Numbered from the stretch's first letter, positions 29,078-39,526 are shown. The stretch is 64,000 nucleotides of DNA from an uncultured Chlamydiae bacterium (GCA_963713615.1 CAVQMM010000001.1:1600001-1664000), one strand, 5' to 3'. Numbers and translations are program-made. The notes: generated from the letters alone by a model not told the origin.

Positions 29078-30481
29078 GTGGAAAAGGAATTTGAAACATC
29101 GCTCTTTTTGTTTCGGCGTGATCTACGCCTTGAAGATAATACTGGCCTCATTTTTGCTCTTAAGCACTCCCATACTGTCATTCCAGCCTTTATCCTGACA
29201 CCAGAGCAGATCGAACACAATCCCTTTCGTAGCAATCATTGTCTCAAATTTATGATCGAATGTTTGAGAGATCTCGACAGTCAGCTGAAGGAAAAACACA
29301 GTAAACTCTATCTCTTTTCTGGAAAGCCTGACGAAATTGTAGACCTATGTATCTCTAAGCTACGTATAGAGGCCGTCATCGTCAACAGGGACTATACACC
29401 ATATAGCTTACAAAGAGACCGCAAAATCGAAAACAGCTGTATCTCTCATCATATTCCATTTTACTCTTTGGATGATGCCCTGTTACACCCCCCAGAGACC
29501 ACTTTGAAAAAAGATGGTACGCCCTATTCAATCTTTACTCCCTATTTCCGTAATGCATCAAAACAGCACGTTTTGCCACCCGTTGCCAACGGAAGAAATA
29601 ATTATTTCAATGGATCAATCCCTTTTTCAAAAGATAAGTCGTTGCTTTCCGAAATTCTCCCGGAAAATACAATCCACAACATATTAAGAGGTGGCCGGAC
29701 AGAGGGTCTGAAAATTCTCGAAAATCTCGGTTCTCTTAGTCAATATGAACACCAGCGGAATTTTCCTGCGAATGGTGGCTCCTCATACCTCTCTCCTTAT
29801 CTAAAATTTACCGTCTGCTCTCCGAGAGAAATTTATGCCGCTATCTGCAACAATCTAAGCGCACATCATGAATTAATCCGTTCGCTTTATTGGAGGGACT
29901 TTTTTACCGGGATAGCTTTGTTCTTTCCTCACGTATTTGAGGGGTCCTTTCATCCCAGGTTTGACAGATTAACTTGGTCAAATGACCCTAAAACTTATCA
30001 GCAATGGAACACTGGTATCACCGGATTTCCAATGGTCGATGCGGGAATGCGGGAAATGAATGAAACAGGCTTTATGCACAACCGTGTTCGAATGATCGCA
30101 GCATCATTCCTTGTCAAAGACCTGCACATCGATTGGAGATGGGGAGAAAAGTACTTTGCACAAACCCTGGTTGATTACGACCCAGCAGTGAATAACGGAA
30201 ATTGGCAATGGGTGGCCAGCACGGGTTGCGATGCTCAACCCTATTTCCGCATTTTCAATCCGTGGACTCAGCAGAAAAAATTTGATCCCGACTGTGTCTA
30301 TATCAAGAGATGGATTCCTGAACTCCGCGATCTCGCTCCTAAAGTCATCCATGCCTGGCATGAAGAAAAGCATCATCTCCTATGCCCTAGCTATCCCCAT
30401 CCTATGGTCAATCATGAACAAGCCGCAAAAGAAACCCTACGGTCTTACACATCGCTTCGGAGTCTTAAGAACGCTGAATAA
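29078..30481 (+). CDS. phrB: Deoxyribodipyrimidine photolyase
   Basis: FRRDLRLEDN, TGFPMVDAGMREM, GFMHNRVRM, NNGNWQW, YFRIFNP. Confidence 0.93.
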   Translation: MEKEFETSLFLFRRDLRLEDNTGLIFALKHSHTVIPAFILTPEQIEHNPFRSNHCLKFMIECLRDLDSQLKEKHSKLYLFSGKPDEIVDLCISKLRIEAVIVNRDYTPYSLQRDRKIENSCISHHIPFYSLDDALLHPPETTLKKDGTPYSIFTPYFRNASKQHVLPPVANGRNNYFNGSIPFSKDKSLLSEILPENTIHNILRGGRTEGLKILENLGSLSQYEHQRNFPANGGSSYLSPYLKFTVCSPREIYAAICNNLSAHHELIRSLYWRDFFTGIALFFPHVFEGSFHPRFDRLTWSNDPKTYQQWNTGITGFPMVDAGMREMNETGFMHNRVRMIAASFLVKDLHIDWRWGEKYFAQTLVDYDPAVNNGNWQWVASTGCDAQPYFRIFNPWTQQKKFDPDCVYIKRWIPELRDLAPKVIHAWHEEKHHLLCPSYPHPMVNHEQAAKETLRSYTSLRSLKNAE

Positions 30482-30567
30482 CTCTCTCCTGAGTGTGATT
30501 TGACAAATATTTCTTAGTTATGCCATGGGTGGAAAGCAGACTAATCCCATAAGAAAGAGGCCGAACC

Positions 30568-30894
30568 TTGGAAACTCTACTGATCCTCGGACTTATAGTT
30601 CTTGTCGTGGTTGTCTATTTCATTATTCAAACATTGCTGCGTCTGCAGGACACGTTACAAAAATTAGACCTCGTTCTAGTGGAAACGGAAGCAAAATTAA
30701 AGAAATTGAGTTCCCTGACCAATGCAGTGGAAAATATCAGCGACATCGTAGAGCGCGAAAGTGCAATCATGAAAGATGAATACGCACGCCAGAAACTCTG
30801 CGAAGTCAATGAGAAGTCGCTTGATTCAGGAGAGCTAGCTACGTGGATAGTTTCTAGTATAAAATTAGGTATAAAGATCCTTAACAGGAGATGA
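30568..30894 (+). CDS. DUF948/YoxC-like membrane-anchored coiled-coil protein
   Basis: N-terminal TM followed by a coiled coil, in an operon with YtxH proteins. Confidence 0.65.
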   Translation: METLLILGLIVLVVVVYFIIQTLLRLQDTLQKLDLVLVETEAKLKKLSSLTNAVENISDIVERESAIMKDEYARQKLCEVNEKSLDSGELATWIVSSIKLGIKILNRR

Positions 30895-31472
30895 GTTTTA
30901 TGACTGGTACCAACGGATTCCTTAAAGGCGCCTTGATTGGCGGGGCATTGGCCGGAGTTGTAGGTCTATTACTAGCTCCAAAGCCAGGAGCTGCTCTACT
31001 CCAAGACATTTTAGATACCTATGATGCTGCCCAAAAAAATGGACACGATTTTATTGAAACGATTAAGGAAAAGGGTGCGTGCCTTACGCACTGGAGCGAA
31101 GAGGAGGAATGTGATGAATGTGATCACTCATTCCTAGTAGGCGGAGCTTTAGGTGCCGTCATTGCAGGCATCGCAGCTCTCTTGCTGGCTCCAGCTTCCG
31201 GAAAGAAATTAAGGAAATTGCTCGGTGATCAATACGATGATATCGTCGAAAAAGCCGAAGACTTCACTTCCAAGGTGGGAGATAAGGGAAGGCATGTCAT
31301 CGATGAAGTCAATGATTGGCGAGGTACTCTGGCTAGTCTCGTCAATAAGCTGTCTCATAGCGCCCCTAAAGGAAAACATCCTCATCACCGCAATGGATCG
31401 CACGTTAACGATATACTGGACTTGGCACATCTAGGAATTCGTCTTTATCAGCAATTCCAAAAAAGGGGATGA
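30891..31472 (+). CDS. YtxH-domain protein (two YtxH motifs)
   Basis: FLKGALIGGALAGVVGLLLAPKPG and FLVGGALGAVIAGIAALLLAPASGKKLR. Confidence 0.85.
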   Translation: MSFMTGTNGFLKGALIGGALAGVVGLLLAPKPGAALLQDILDTYDAAQKNGHDFIETIKEKGACLTHWSEEEECDECDHSFLVGGALGAVIAGIAALLLAPASGKKLRKLLGDQYDDIVEKAEDFTSKVGDKGRHVIDEVNDWRGTLASLVNKLSHSAPKGKHPHHRNGSHVNDILDLAHLGIRLYQQFQKRG

Positions 31473-31473
31473 T

Positions 31474-31746
31474 ATGATTTCTCAAAAACAATTTATTCTC
31501 GGGTGCCTAGTCGGCGGAGTATTTGGGGCGTCGGCAGCTTTATTGCTACCTACTGTCACACATGGTCTTAATGGTTTGACACGTTCACTAAACAAAAAAC
31601 AACCCCGTCATCGAAGTCAGGAAGCACACAGCCACAATCATGAGCATGTCGCGGCCAAGCATCATGCATCTGCACCTAGAAAAGTGCGCACCAAGAGACC
31701 TTCAAGTACAAGAAAGACGAAGGGGGCCTCGAAGGAGAGCTCGTAA
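31474..31746 (+). CDS. Small YtxH-like protein with His/Lys-rich tail
   Basis: FILGCLVGGVFGASAALLLP followed by a basic/His-rich tail. Confidence 0.65.
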   Translation: MISQKQFILGCLVGGVFGASAALLLPTVTHGLNGLTRSLNKKQPRHRSQEAHSHNHEHVAAKHHASAPRKVRTKRPSSTRKTKGASKESS

Positions 31747-31794
31747 AGCTCTGGACCCTAGTAAGCCCACTGAACATTTTTGTATTTAAGCATC

Positions 31795-32230
31795 ATCGAA
31801 TAACACGCGCGCAGCGCTTTGGAGCCCCAACCGACTGCGTCGCCAATATCCTAAAGTAACAAGGTTTCCTATGTGGCGCAGTCATTCCATGACTGCGAAC
31901 AATCCGTTGCAATTGTGGAGACGTGCAAAACAAACGTCCCATGTGATGCAAACGGAATCTGTTTCAACCGTTCTCGCAGTCATGGAATGACTGCGCCACA
32001 TAGGAAATTGCGCCAGCCAACCTTTTGAGTTACTTGGAAGTGCGGTCGCTTACGAGCGTTCCTTGTGATGGTCGTGAATAGGGTTTTAGCAGCATTCGAT
32101 CATGTTGCAGATGTCGACAATTCTTGCCTTTGTGAATAATAGTGAAGGCGTTTTTCACAACCACCGCAAGAAACCCAAAGCGGTCGCAAGCGACCGCAAT
32201 CCAGAGCGCTGCGCGCGCGTTATTTGATGG
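31795..32230. repeat. Composite REPIN-like element (GCGCAGCGCTTTGGAG-type outer arms, GTGGCGCAGTCATTCCATGACTGCG-type inner REP pair)
   Basis: Outer IR AATAACACGCGCGCAGCGCTTTGGA / TCCAGAGCGCTGCGCGCGCGTTATT. The inner part is shared with 33953-34248 and the right part with 54707-54931. Confidence 0.8.
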
Positions 32231-32270
32231 TATGTACATCTTTAGTTCTGAAGAAACAGGCTGTGAAGCC

Positions 32271-32432
32271 TATACCACACGCAGGTAGGTTTTGCACATT
32301 TCGACTGCGCCAAAGCCCCGGGGTTGAACGATCGCAAGTGGGTCAATATTAAAAATATGGACCCACTTGCGATCGTTCAACCGCGGGAGCTTTCGCGCTG
32401 GTCGAATGTGCAAAACCCACCCGTGTGTGGTC
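32271..32432. repeat. Long imperfect hairpin element (~160 bp) with TATACCAC end
   Basis: Arms ...GGTTTTGCACATTTCGAC...GTTGAACGATCGCAAGTGGGTC / GACCCACTTGCGATCGTTCAAC...GTCGAATGTGCAAAACC...GTGTGG. Confidence 0.85.
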
Positions 32433-32447
32433 TCAGACAAGTCTCTG

Positions 32448-32570
32448 TTACTTGGATGGAGTTTGAGACCCGCCCTTCTTCTTTTCTTGCTTCTTTGCTT
32501 TTTTTTCTTTGGCAGAGAGCACAGGCTTTTTCTTTTCGTCTTTACGATGCTTAACTACTTCCTTGGCCAT
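32448..32570 (-). CDS. Small Lys-rich protein (40 aa)
   Basis: Below the ORF track cutoff. RBS AGAGG, then MAKEVVKHRKDEKKKPVLSAKEKKAKKQEKKKGGSQTPSK. Confidence 0.65.
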   Translation of the reverse strand: MAKEVVKHRKDEKKKPVLSAKEKKAKKQEKKKGGSQTPSK

Positions 32571-32851
32571 ACAGAAACCTCTTGTTTATTGAGTTACTTG
32601 AAGACGTCAATTGTCGACGTCCAACATAACACACTCACGAAGTTCCCGCAACAATGACTGCGTTTTTTGATTAGAGGTCAGGTACAAAAGGGCAAAAATC
32701 ACAGAACCCTGGATCTCATGACGACATTCTGCATCATTTTTTCCTTTAAAATTAAGATAGTAAAGAGAGAAGATAGTCATTCCGCAAATTTGAAATGACA
32801 AGCCACCGTGGCCATTTGCGGAAGTTAGGATGATGTAGGCACGTAACACAT

Positions 32852-33892
32852 ATGACGACTACATTTATTCAAAAATTAGCAATGCCCAATGGAGGATCCA
32901 TGTTTAAATTATTGCGATGGTGTTCAGTGTTAACGATATTGAGCGCAGGATCACTGCTTGCCACTAACCACCCCTGCCCAGGTAATTGGGGAGTTTCGGT
33001 AGACTTTCTGTATCTGAAACCTAGTGTAGACGACACTTACTTCGTTATTCAATCTCCAACCACCTCAACAGCTCCAAATGGAACTCGAAAAAATAATGAC
33101 TTCCATTTTCATCCTGGATTTCGCATAGGGGGAGTGTATGAATTCTGCGAATGTAATCAAGAACTCCAAGTCTATTACACTCGCTTATCCTGCAAGCAGT
33201 CAAAGACTCTTTCGGGTTCCTTTTTTTGGCCAACTGCAGGACATCCATTCAGAACTGGTGATGGTATAGATCCATTCAATGATTATACAGGCACAGCATC
33301 GTCTAGTGTGCAAACGCTATATCAACGCGTAGATGCCAATTTTGCTCAGCAAACACTATGCTGTTGCGGTTTGGATGTGTATTTGCAGCTAGGCCTGGAA
33401 TACGCCTACCTACATCTGAATGAAACGGATACCTACGCAATTACTGATAACGTCACCAGTAACGTCTATCAGAAAAGCAGGGCATGGGGCATAGGCCCAC
33501 AACTAGGTACCTCGATTGAATATCAGCTTTGCGAATGTGAAGATTACCTTCCTGGCAAGCTGTCATTCACTGGCCTGGCATCAGGCAGTCTTCTAGCCAG
33601 CCAGTCAAACGGTAGCACCCGACAAACAGTAGGAGTCGCTTCGTCTCTTTCGGTGAGTGATCCAAACACATGGAGAATTATTCCGGCTTTACACGCTCGT
33701 GTAGGGTTAAACTATGCAACAACGATATCCTGCTATGATGCGAACCTAGAGATTGGCTATGAGTTCAACACGTACCTAAAAGGCTTGGGCCGCGCGGTTT
33801 TTCTTGATAGCACCGCATTGGGAAGCTCCACTTCGCAATATCGTGATTATGATGTGCAAGGGCTTTATATCTCTGCAGCAATGCAGTTCTAG
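32852..33892 (+). CDS. Lpg1974/Legionella-MOMP-like pore-forming outer membrane protein (Cys-rich)
   Basis: Signal peptide (probable start MFKLL at 32900), VDFLYLKP, FHPGFRIG, WGIGPQLG, IGYEFNTY, terminal F. Confidence 0.8.
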   Translation: MTTTFIQKLAMPNGGSMFKLLRWCSVLTILSAGSLLATNHPCPGNWGVSVDFLYLKPSVDDTYFVIQSPTTSTAPNGTRKNNDFHFHPGFRIGGVYEFCECNQELQVYYTRLSCKQSKTLSGSFFWPTAGHPFRTGDGIDPFNDYTGTASSSVQTLYQRVDANFAQQTLCCCGLDVYLQLGLEYAYLHLNETDTYAITDNVTSNVYQKSRAWGIGPQLGTSIEYQLCECEDYLPGKLSFTGLASGSLLASQSNGSTRQTVGVASSLSVSDPNTWRIIPALHARVGLNYATTISCYDANLEIGYEFNTYLKGLGRAVFLDSTALGSSTSQYRDYDVQGLYISAAMQF

Positions 33893-33952
33893 TTTTCAGC
33901 AGAACTGGTTTGGCTCAGCCAAACCAGTTCTGAATAACACGTGATATACATC

Positions 33953-34248
33953 TTGGAGCCCCAACCGGACTGCGTCGCCAATATCCGAAAGTAACAAGGC
34001 CTCCTATGTGGCTGCGGATGACCTTTACCCACACAACCTCATGACAAACACTCTCCTGTGGCGCAGTCATTCCATGACTGCGGACCAATCCGTTGCAATT
34101 GTGGAGAGGTGCAAAACAAACGTCCCATGTGATGCAAACAGAAGCTGTTTCAACCGTTCTCGCGGTCATGGAATGCATGGAATGACTGCGCCACATAGGA
34201 AGCCTCGTCACTTTCGGATATTGACGACGCATTCGATTGGGACTCCAA
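33953..34248. repeat. REPIN-like long hairpin element
   Basis: Arms TTGGAGCCCCAACCG...CCAATATCCGAAAGTAAC...CCTATGTGG / CCACATAGG...CACTTTCGGATATTG...GGGACTCCAA, with GTGG-type REP palindromes inside. Confidence 0.8.
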
Positions 34249-34269
34249 AGGTATGCTAGGCCCCTACAG

Positions 34270-34875
34270 CTATAGCTCGTAGCCAACCCCTAGGCCAAAG
34301 CGGAAACCACCAACGTTGTTGGCATTTGTCAAATGCATGGGAATGTACAAGTAATCAATAAAGGCATCGGCAAAGAAGCTGTCGGCGAGGTAATAGAAAA
34401 AACCTGTCTTCACAGTAGCGCCTACATGAGATTTTTTAACGGATGGGACAGCGACGGGGTCATTGATAAGGTGCATCCAGGTATAGTTAACACCTAAGCC
34501 TGCGTAAAGATCAACGTAACAAGTCAGCGGAAAAATATAGCTTACACCTAAGCTTAGAGGGTAAAGTCTTAGCGTGGTAGGGTCGCCCAAACCAACTGAA
34601 TGTCCATGTTTGCTTAAATAGCTGAAGTTAGCCCAAACATCCCAGCGGTCCCACAGGTGTTTGGAGGCCTGTATTTCCACATCCCAGGATGCGCCACTGT
34701 AGATTTCTTGCACCAGGTGATTCGTCGGGTAGACATAGGCACTTCGAATCTCAGCATCCCAACCACACTGCCAATCTATGCAGCAGTCATCGTCAAGTGG
34801 ACAATCGCAATCAGCCAGGGCTGATAGGGGTAGTATTAGGGCAACCAGTTGGCAAAACAGATGCTTAAGACGCAT
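34270..34875 (-). CDS. Small outer membrane beta-barrel protein
   Basis: Signal peptide MRLKHLFCQLVALILPLSALA, Cys-rich N-terminus, alternating beta strands, and C-terminal GFRFGLGVGYEL. Confidence 0.75.
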   Translation of the reverse strand: MRLKHLFCQLVALILPLSALADCDCPLDDDCCIDWQCGWDAEIRSAYVYPTNHLVQEIYSGASWDVEIQASKHLWDRWDVWANFSYLSKHGHSVGLGDPTTLRLYPLSLGVSYIFPLTCYVDLYAGLGVNYTWMHLINDPVAVPSVKKSHVGATVKTGFFYYLADSFFADAFIDYLYIPMHLTNANNVGGFRFGLGVGYEL

Positions 34876-35219
34876 GGCAAAACTCTTTGTTATTGTTCCG
34901 AACGACACGGACTGCCCCCTTTTCAGTGGATTGAGAAAAAGAACGCCGCTCAAATGAAATATTGCGTTCTTCAAGATATCGAACTGATGCCAGTTCCTCT
35001 GCGTTATGATTGGTCATAATTTCATCCTACCAAATGCTTACTTAACCAATGATAATAACTAGATGAATGTGAAAAATCCATTCCTTTTCATACCACCCTC
35101 AGCCCAAATCCAATTTTGTGACCGCGCATGGTATATACCACGCGTGGCGATATCTCTCCATGGATGTCAGATAAAGCGAATTCAGGTATGCTATGTTGAC
35201 ACGTTCTATAGGTTTTACA

Positions 35220-36023
35220 ATGAAAAAGAAAGATGCTCCCGCGTCGGTCAGGCCCATGAAGCGCTCAGAACCACTGCGGCAGGAATTAAAATATTATGGA
35301 TTTTATGCATGCATAAAGCTGTGGGAATCTAGGCCCGATGATATCATTCGTGTCTATCTGGAACAACGTCATGTCAAAGCGCTGAGCCCTCTTCTAAAAT
35401 GGTGTGCAGGCCGTTCTAAAGCTTATCATATCGTGTCGGCTGAGGAACTCTCTAAGGTTTCCGATTCCATACATCATGAAGGCCTGTGCATATTGGCTCG
35501 TGAGCTGCCTATGTTAAATTTTTCCACCGTCTTAGAAAAGTTAGGAACTGTACAGGGGCCTATTTGTCTGCTCTATTTGGACGGTGTTCAAAATCCACAT
35601 AATACCGGCTCGATCATGCGCGTCTGTGCACACTTCGGTGTCTCTTACATATTGGGCGAAAGAGCCTTATTGCCTAAAGTGGCGCCCTCAGCATACAGAA
35701 TAGCGCAAGGCGGTGCTGAGTGCGTTGGGCTCGTTCCTATAGACAATCTGAAGCAGTCATTCCAAAGACTGGAACAAGCTGGCTTTCGCATAGTAGCCTC
35801 TTCCAGCCATGGTGGGAAGTCTCTATATAGGTATAAGTTCTCGCCGCGAACAGTCATCATTATGGGATCGGAAAGTGAAGGAGTCAGCAACAAACTATTG
35901 GAAGTGTCCAAAGAGACGTTATTAATCCCTGGTACTGGGCTGGTGGAAAGTCTTAATGTTTCCGTTGCCACCGGGTTATTTTTGGGCGAATATCAGCGAC
36001 AAATCGGATTAAAGAGTACATGA
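35220..36023 (+). CDS. SpoU/TrmH-family RNA methyltransferase (YfiF-like)
   Basis: LDGVQNPHNTGSIMR, IMGSESEGVS, VESLNVSVA. Confidence 0.92.
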   Translation: MKKKDAPASVRPMKRSEPLRQELKYYGFYACIKLWESRPDDIIRVYLEQRHVKALSPLLKWCAGRSKAYHIVSAEELSKVSDSIHHEGLCILARELPMLNFSTVLEKLGTVQGPICLLYLDGVQNPHNTGSIMRVCAHFGVSYILGERALLPKVAPSAYRIAQGGAECVGLVPIDNLKQSFQRLEQAGFRIVASSSHGGKSLYRYKFSPRTVIIMGSESEGVSNKLLEVSKETLLIPGTGLVESLNVSVATGLFLGEYQRQIGLKST

Positions 36024-36937
36024 CAGCACACATCGGAACGGCCTATCTGGCACCCGAAGGATATGAAAAGCAAACTGCTCAAGAGATTCAGGGTGTCATT
36101 GCGCGGTATGATAGACTCTTTCTCACTGACAGCAAACCTCAACAGGTCTTTTGGGCCCAGAATGTATGGTACGAACCTTCTATTATTCCCTTTGAAACAA
36201 TCTCTGAAGTCGCCACTATTCTGAAGAACATCCAACGAAATTGGGCATTATATCCCTTTTCGGAACACCGCCGAGCAGCGCATATCGAAGCTAAGCTGCC
36301 CTATCTTTCCACTAAGCCTGTGATCTTTCCCACTAAGATTCCAGAGGCTCCCTTAGGCTCCTGGACGTTACTGAACAAAAACACTCTACTCGCTTCTCAG
36401 CGGTGCTCATCGCCCTATCGCAATGGCATGATCCTATTCGAAGAATCTCAAGAACCTCCCAGCCGTGCCTACTTGAAACTATGGGAAGCCTTAGTCCTTG
36501 CTGGCAAAATGCCCGGACCTGGCGATAGGTGCCTGGAAGTAGGCTGTAGTCCCGGAGGATGGACCTGGGTATTGGCAAAACTAGGAGCCGAAATCCTCGC
36601 GGTTGACCGGTCCCCTCTCGCAGCAAAAGTAGCGGCCATGCCAGGTGTTAACTTTCGAGCAGGCAACGCGTTCGCCATGACCCCAACCAACACGGGACCT
36701 ATTGATTGGATATTCAGCGATGTGGCGTGTTATCCCGAAAAGCTTTTGGAATGGATCCAATTATGGCTGGACAGTGGTATATGCAAAAATTTTGTGTGTA
36801 CTTTGAAATTTCAAGGGGAAACCTCTTACGATGTTGCTAAGCAATTCGCTGACATTCCAGGCAGTTGCGTGGTACATCTCGGATACAACAGACATGAGCT
36901 AACTTGGATTTGGACTACGCCAAGCAGCTCGTGTTAA
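36020..36937 (+). CDS. RlmM-like (FtsJ-domain) rRNA 2'-O-methyltransferase
   Basis: PPSRAYLKLWEAL, LEVGCSPGGWTWVL, AVDR, WIFSDVACYP. Confidence 0.8.
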   Translation: MTAHIGTAYLAPEGYEKQTAQEIQGVIARYDRLFLTDSKPQQVFWAQNVWYEPSIIPFETISEVATILKNIQRNWALYPFSEHRRAAHIEAKLPYLSTKPVIFPTKIPEAPLGSWTLLNKNTLLASQRCSSPYRNGMILFEESQEPPSRAYLKLWEALVLAGKMPGPGDRCLEVGCSPGGWTWVLAKLGAEILAVDRSPLAAKVAAMPGVNFRAGNAFAMTPTNTGPIDWIFSDVACYPEKLLEWIQLWLDSGICKNFVCTLKFQGETSYDVAKQFADIPGSCVVHLGYNRHELTWIWTTPSSSC

Positions 36938-37057
36938 TTTTCAACGCAAATCCAAGTTTATGACCAAGTGTGGTGTAATTATTTCTTTTACCTGGTATTA
37001 TTTGTTTAGGTAATGCATGTGTGAAACATGCGTTCAACTAGAGAGGCTGGGAAATTT

Positions 37058-37273
37058 ATGAGACTACTTCTCGCTTTAATTATAGGTTTTATCTTCTTTG
37101 GGCTGGTTTATTACGCTATTTGGCTCTACGCTCCCGATATGTTCCAATCTCTCGTCTCTATGGCTGCAAAGCTTTTCGACCTAATGAAAACCACTTTCTC
37201 ATCACATCCGGCAACTCCACCGCACGCACCAACTACTGGCTTCTTGATGTTATTGTCATTTAGAAAGGGCTAG
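37058..37273 (+). CDS. Small membrane protein
   Basis: MRLLLALIIGFIFFGLVYYAIW TM segment. Start is uncertain (37028 or 37058). Confidence 0.55.
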   Translation: MRLLLALIIGFIFFGLVYYAIWLYAPDMFQSLVSMAAKLFDLMKTTFSSHPATPPHAPTTGFLMLLSFRKG

Positions 37274-37278
37274 GAAAT

Positions 37279-37314
37279 AAAAAAAGCACCCCTTCACAGT
37301 GTGAAGAGGTGCTT
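37279..37314 (-). terminator. Intrinsic terminator (duplicated at ~40295-40331)
   Basis: AAGCACC(C)CTTCAC-AGT-GTGAAG(A)GGTGCTT stem with an A-run, giving a U-tract on the minus strand. Confidence 0.75.
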
Positions 37315-37339
37315 CCATCATGGCTTAGACTAACTGTTG

Positions 37340-39526
37340 TTACGCAGCCGTCTGGCCAGATACCATAGAACCAACTTGTCCCGCGCTAGGCAGCGAGGCT
37401 TGGCTTAAGTCGTTCACAGTAGCATCGGTTCCCGAGGTACCCATGCTAATACCCGAACTAGCCATAGCGTTCGAAAGCGCCACTACCATATTTGCAGAGT
37501 CTCCACTTGAGCCATATTTCATTGCATTAGCGAGATCTGTTGCACCAGCGCTCGTTGGAGGAGTACTCCCAAAACCATCAGATTTTAGTTGAGTCATCAT
37601 AGTCATGAGTTGACCAGTAGGAATGGAAGAAGCACTCATGTGACCACCAGCCATTCCAGCTTGAACTGACTTTAGAACGGTTATTATTTGCATGATCTGT
37701 GCAATCAGAGCCGCATTACTGGAACTCGCACCACCACTTTGAGCGACATTACTGGCGATGGTACCTTGCGCAATAGAAGCCGGAATCGAATTACCTACCG
37801 ATTCTGCAGGTGTAGGAGGCGTGCTGCTGCTTGACGACCCCGTAAGATCCCCTAGGATAGGTATATTAGCTCCTAAAGACTGAGCTTGAGCACCAGTGGA
37901 TAAGATAGAGCCCGTGCTGGTAGGACTGGTAGAAGAAGAAGAAGAACTACCATTAAGCCCTAACATTCCAGTCATCGTGCCGCTTACACCACTACTAGGG
38001 TCACTGGAAGTACCTATTAAACCTCCTAGCATAGGTCCTATGATGGGGATTTGGTCTAACAAGCTACCAAGCCCTAACTCCTTCATTAAGCCTCCTGGCA
38101 TGAGCATTGATACGATGGAGCCTAAACCACCGCCGCTGCCACCGCCGAGAAGACCTCCAAGGAGACCTCCACTGCTAGATGTAGTAGACGCAGGTGCTGC
38201 GGTTGTGCTTGTGGTAGTTGGTGTCTGTGCTGCAGCAGGAGGCTGTATAACAGTACCCGTAGTCGGAGTCGGAGCCAAAGCCGTGGTTTGAGCCGCAGCA
38301 TTACTACTACCCGCCAATGCCAGTGCCCCAGATGTCGTACTGGGCGCAGTAGCACCTCCTGTTGGAGAATACGCAGGAGTTGCAGCTGCCGGTGCTGCGG
38401 TTGTTGTTGTTGTTGGGGCAGGCGTTGTCGTGGAGCCTGAGGTGGTTGTGCCCCCTAAACCGATGGTACTATTAATCTCACCACTGACACCGCTACTAGG
38501 GTCACCGGAAGTACCTATTAAACCGCCAAGCATAGGTCCTACAAGAGGAATATTACTTAACAGGCTACCAAGCCCTAACATTTTCATCAAACCACCAGGT
38601 TCGACCACTGATAGGAGATCGCTAACTATGCCGCCACCACCACTGCCGCCTCCCAACATACCACCTAGACCACCTAGCAAGCCTCCACCGCTACCGCCAC
38701 CTAGGAGACCACCTAGCAAGCCACCACTTCCAGAACTGGATTGTTGACTTTCTGCACTGTTTAGCAGGGTCGAATTATCCTGAGCGGTAGCTTGCGCCAC
38801 TTCCGCAGACTGATCGCTTGTGGTGTTGTTTTCCAGTTTACCCACAAAAGCTTCCAGGTTACTGATCGCTTCTCCCACAGCTGCCATGAAGGCGGAAATG
38901 CTGGTGCCACTGCTACTGGAGGTTGATGCCGCTGCAGCTGAAGCGATTTGTGTCGTATTAGTCGTCGAGGTCAACGTATTGCTGAGTAACTGCGCTTGCT
39001 GTTGTTCCGGCGGAGCTGTTGGACTAACTGGTCCCGCAGCCGGAATTGAGGTAACAGCGCTCGGGTTAAGCGGCTGGGCAGTTGGCACATTAGCGACTTG
39101 AGCTAACGCAGCCATGTTAGCAGTACTCTGTACTGCACCCTTAGCAACTTGCGCATCCTCACTATTTCCATTTTTGATTAATGCTTGAGTGCTAGGGGGA
39201 AGGGTTGCCATGAGCGCCTGAGTCTGCTGTCCCTTAACATTCTGGTATTGGGCCTGCAGTTTCTGAACTAACTGATCAGATGCTGCTGCCGTCTGAGCAT
39301 TTGGTGGGGGAAGAGCAGGCGCATTGGCAGGACTAGTGATCGGTTTTTTTGCTCCTGCAGCTGCTGTACCTGGCTGATTGACGGGCGCAGCATCAGATGA
39401 TGCAATCGAGTCCGCAACCGCTTGCGCCTTACCGGCGTTGGAAGCCTGTGCAACATCACCACTCGGATCCTGTTGCTGCTGCAGCTGCTGGGGCCCATAA
39501 GCTTGTGAACCACCTTGAATATCCAT
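37340..39526 (-). CDS. Gly/Ala/Ser/Thr-rich putative type III secretion translocator/effector, copy 1
   Basis: 728 aa. Low-complexity N-terminus, PALPPP (PxLxxP chaperone-binding motif) and two Gly-Leu hydrophobic repeats. Paralog of 40357-42561. RBS AAGGAGG. Confidence 0.7.
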   Translation of the reverse strand: MDIQGGSQAYGPQQLQQQQDPSGDVAQASNAGKAQAVADSIASSDAAPVNQPGTAAAGAKKPITSPANAPALPPPNAQTAAASDQLVQKLQAQYQNVKGQQTQALMATLPPSTQALIKNGNSEDAQVAKGAVQSTANMAALAQVANVPTAQPLNPSAVTSIPAAGPVSPTAPPEQQQAQLLSNTLTSTTNTTQIASAAAASTSSSSGTSISAFMAAVGEAISNLEAFVGKLENNTTSDQSAEVAQATAQDNSTLLNSAESQQSSSGSGGLLGGLLGGGSGGGLLGGLGGMLGGGSGGGGIVSDLLSVVEPGGLMKMLGLGSLLSNIPLVGPMLGGLIGTSGDPSSGVSGEINSTIGLGGTTTSGSTTTPAPTTTTTAAPAAATPAYSPTGGATAPSTTSGALALAGSSNAAAQTTALAPTPTTGTVIQPPAAAQTPTTTSTTAAPASTTSSSGGLLGGLLGGGSGGGLGSIVSMLMPGGLMKELGLGSLLDQIPIIGPMLGGLIGTSSDPSSGVSGTMTGMLGLNGSSSSSSTSPTSTGSILSTGAQAQSLGANIPILGDLTGSSSSSTPPTPAESVGNSIPASIAQGTIASNVAQSGGASSSNAALIAQIMQIITVLKSVQAGMAGGHMSASSIPTGQLMTMMTQLKSDGFGSTPPTSAGATDLANAMKYGSSGDSANMVVALSNAMASSGISMGTSGTDATVNDLSQASLPSAGQVGSMVSGQTAA

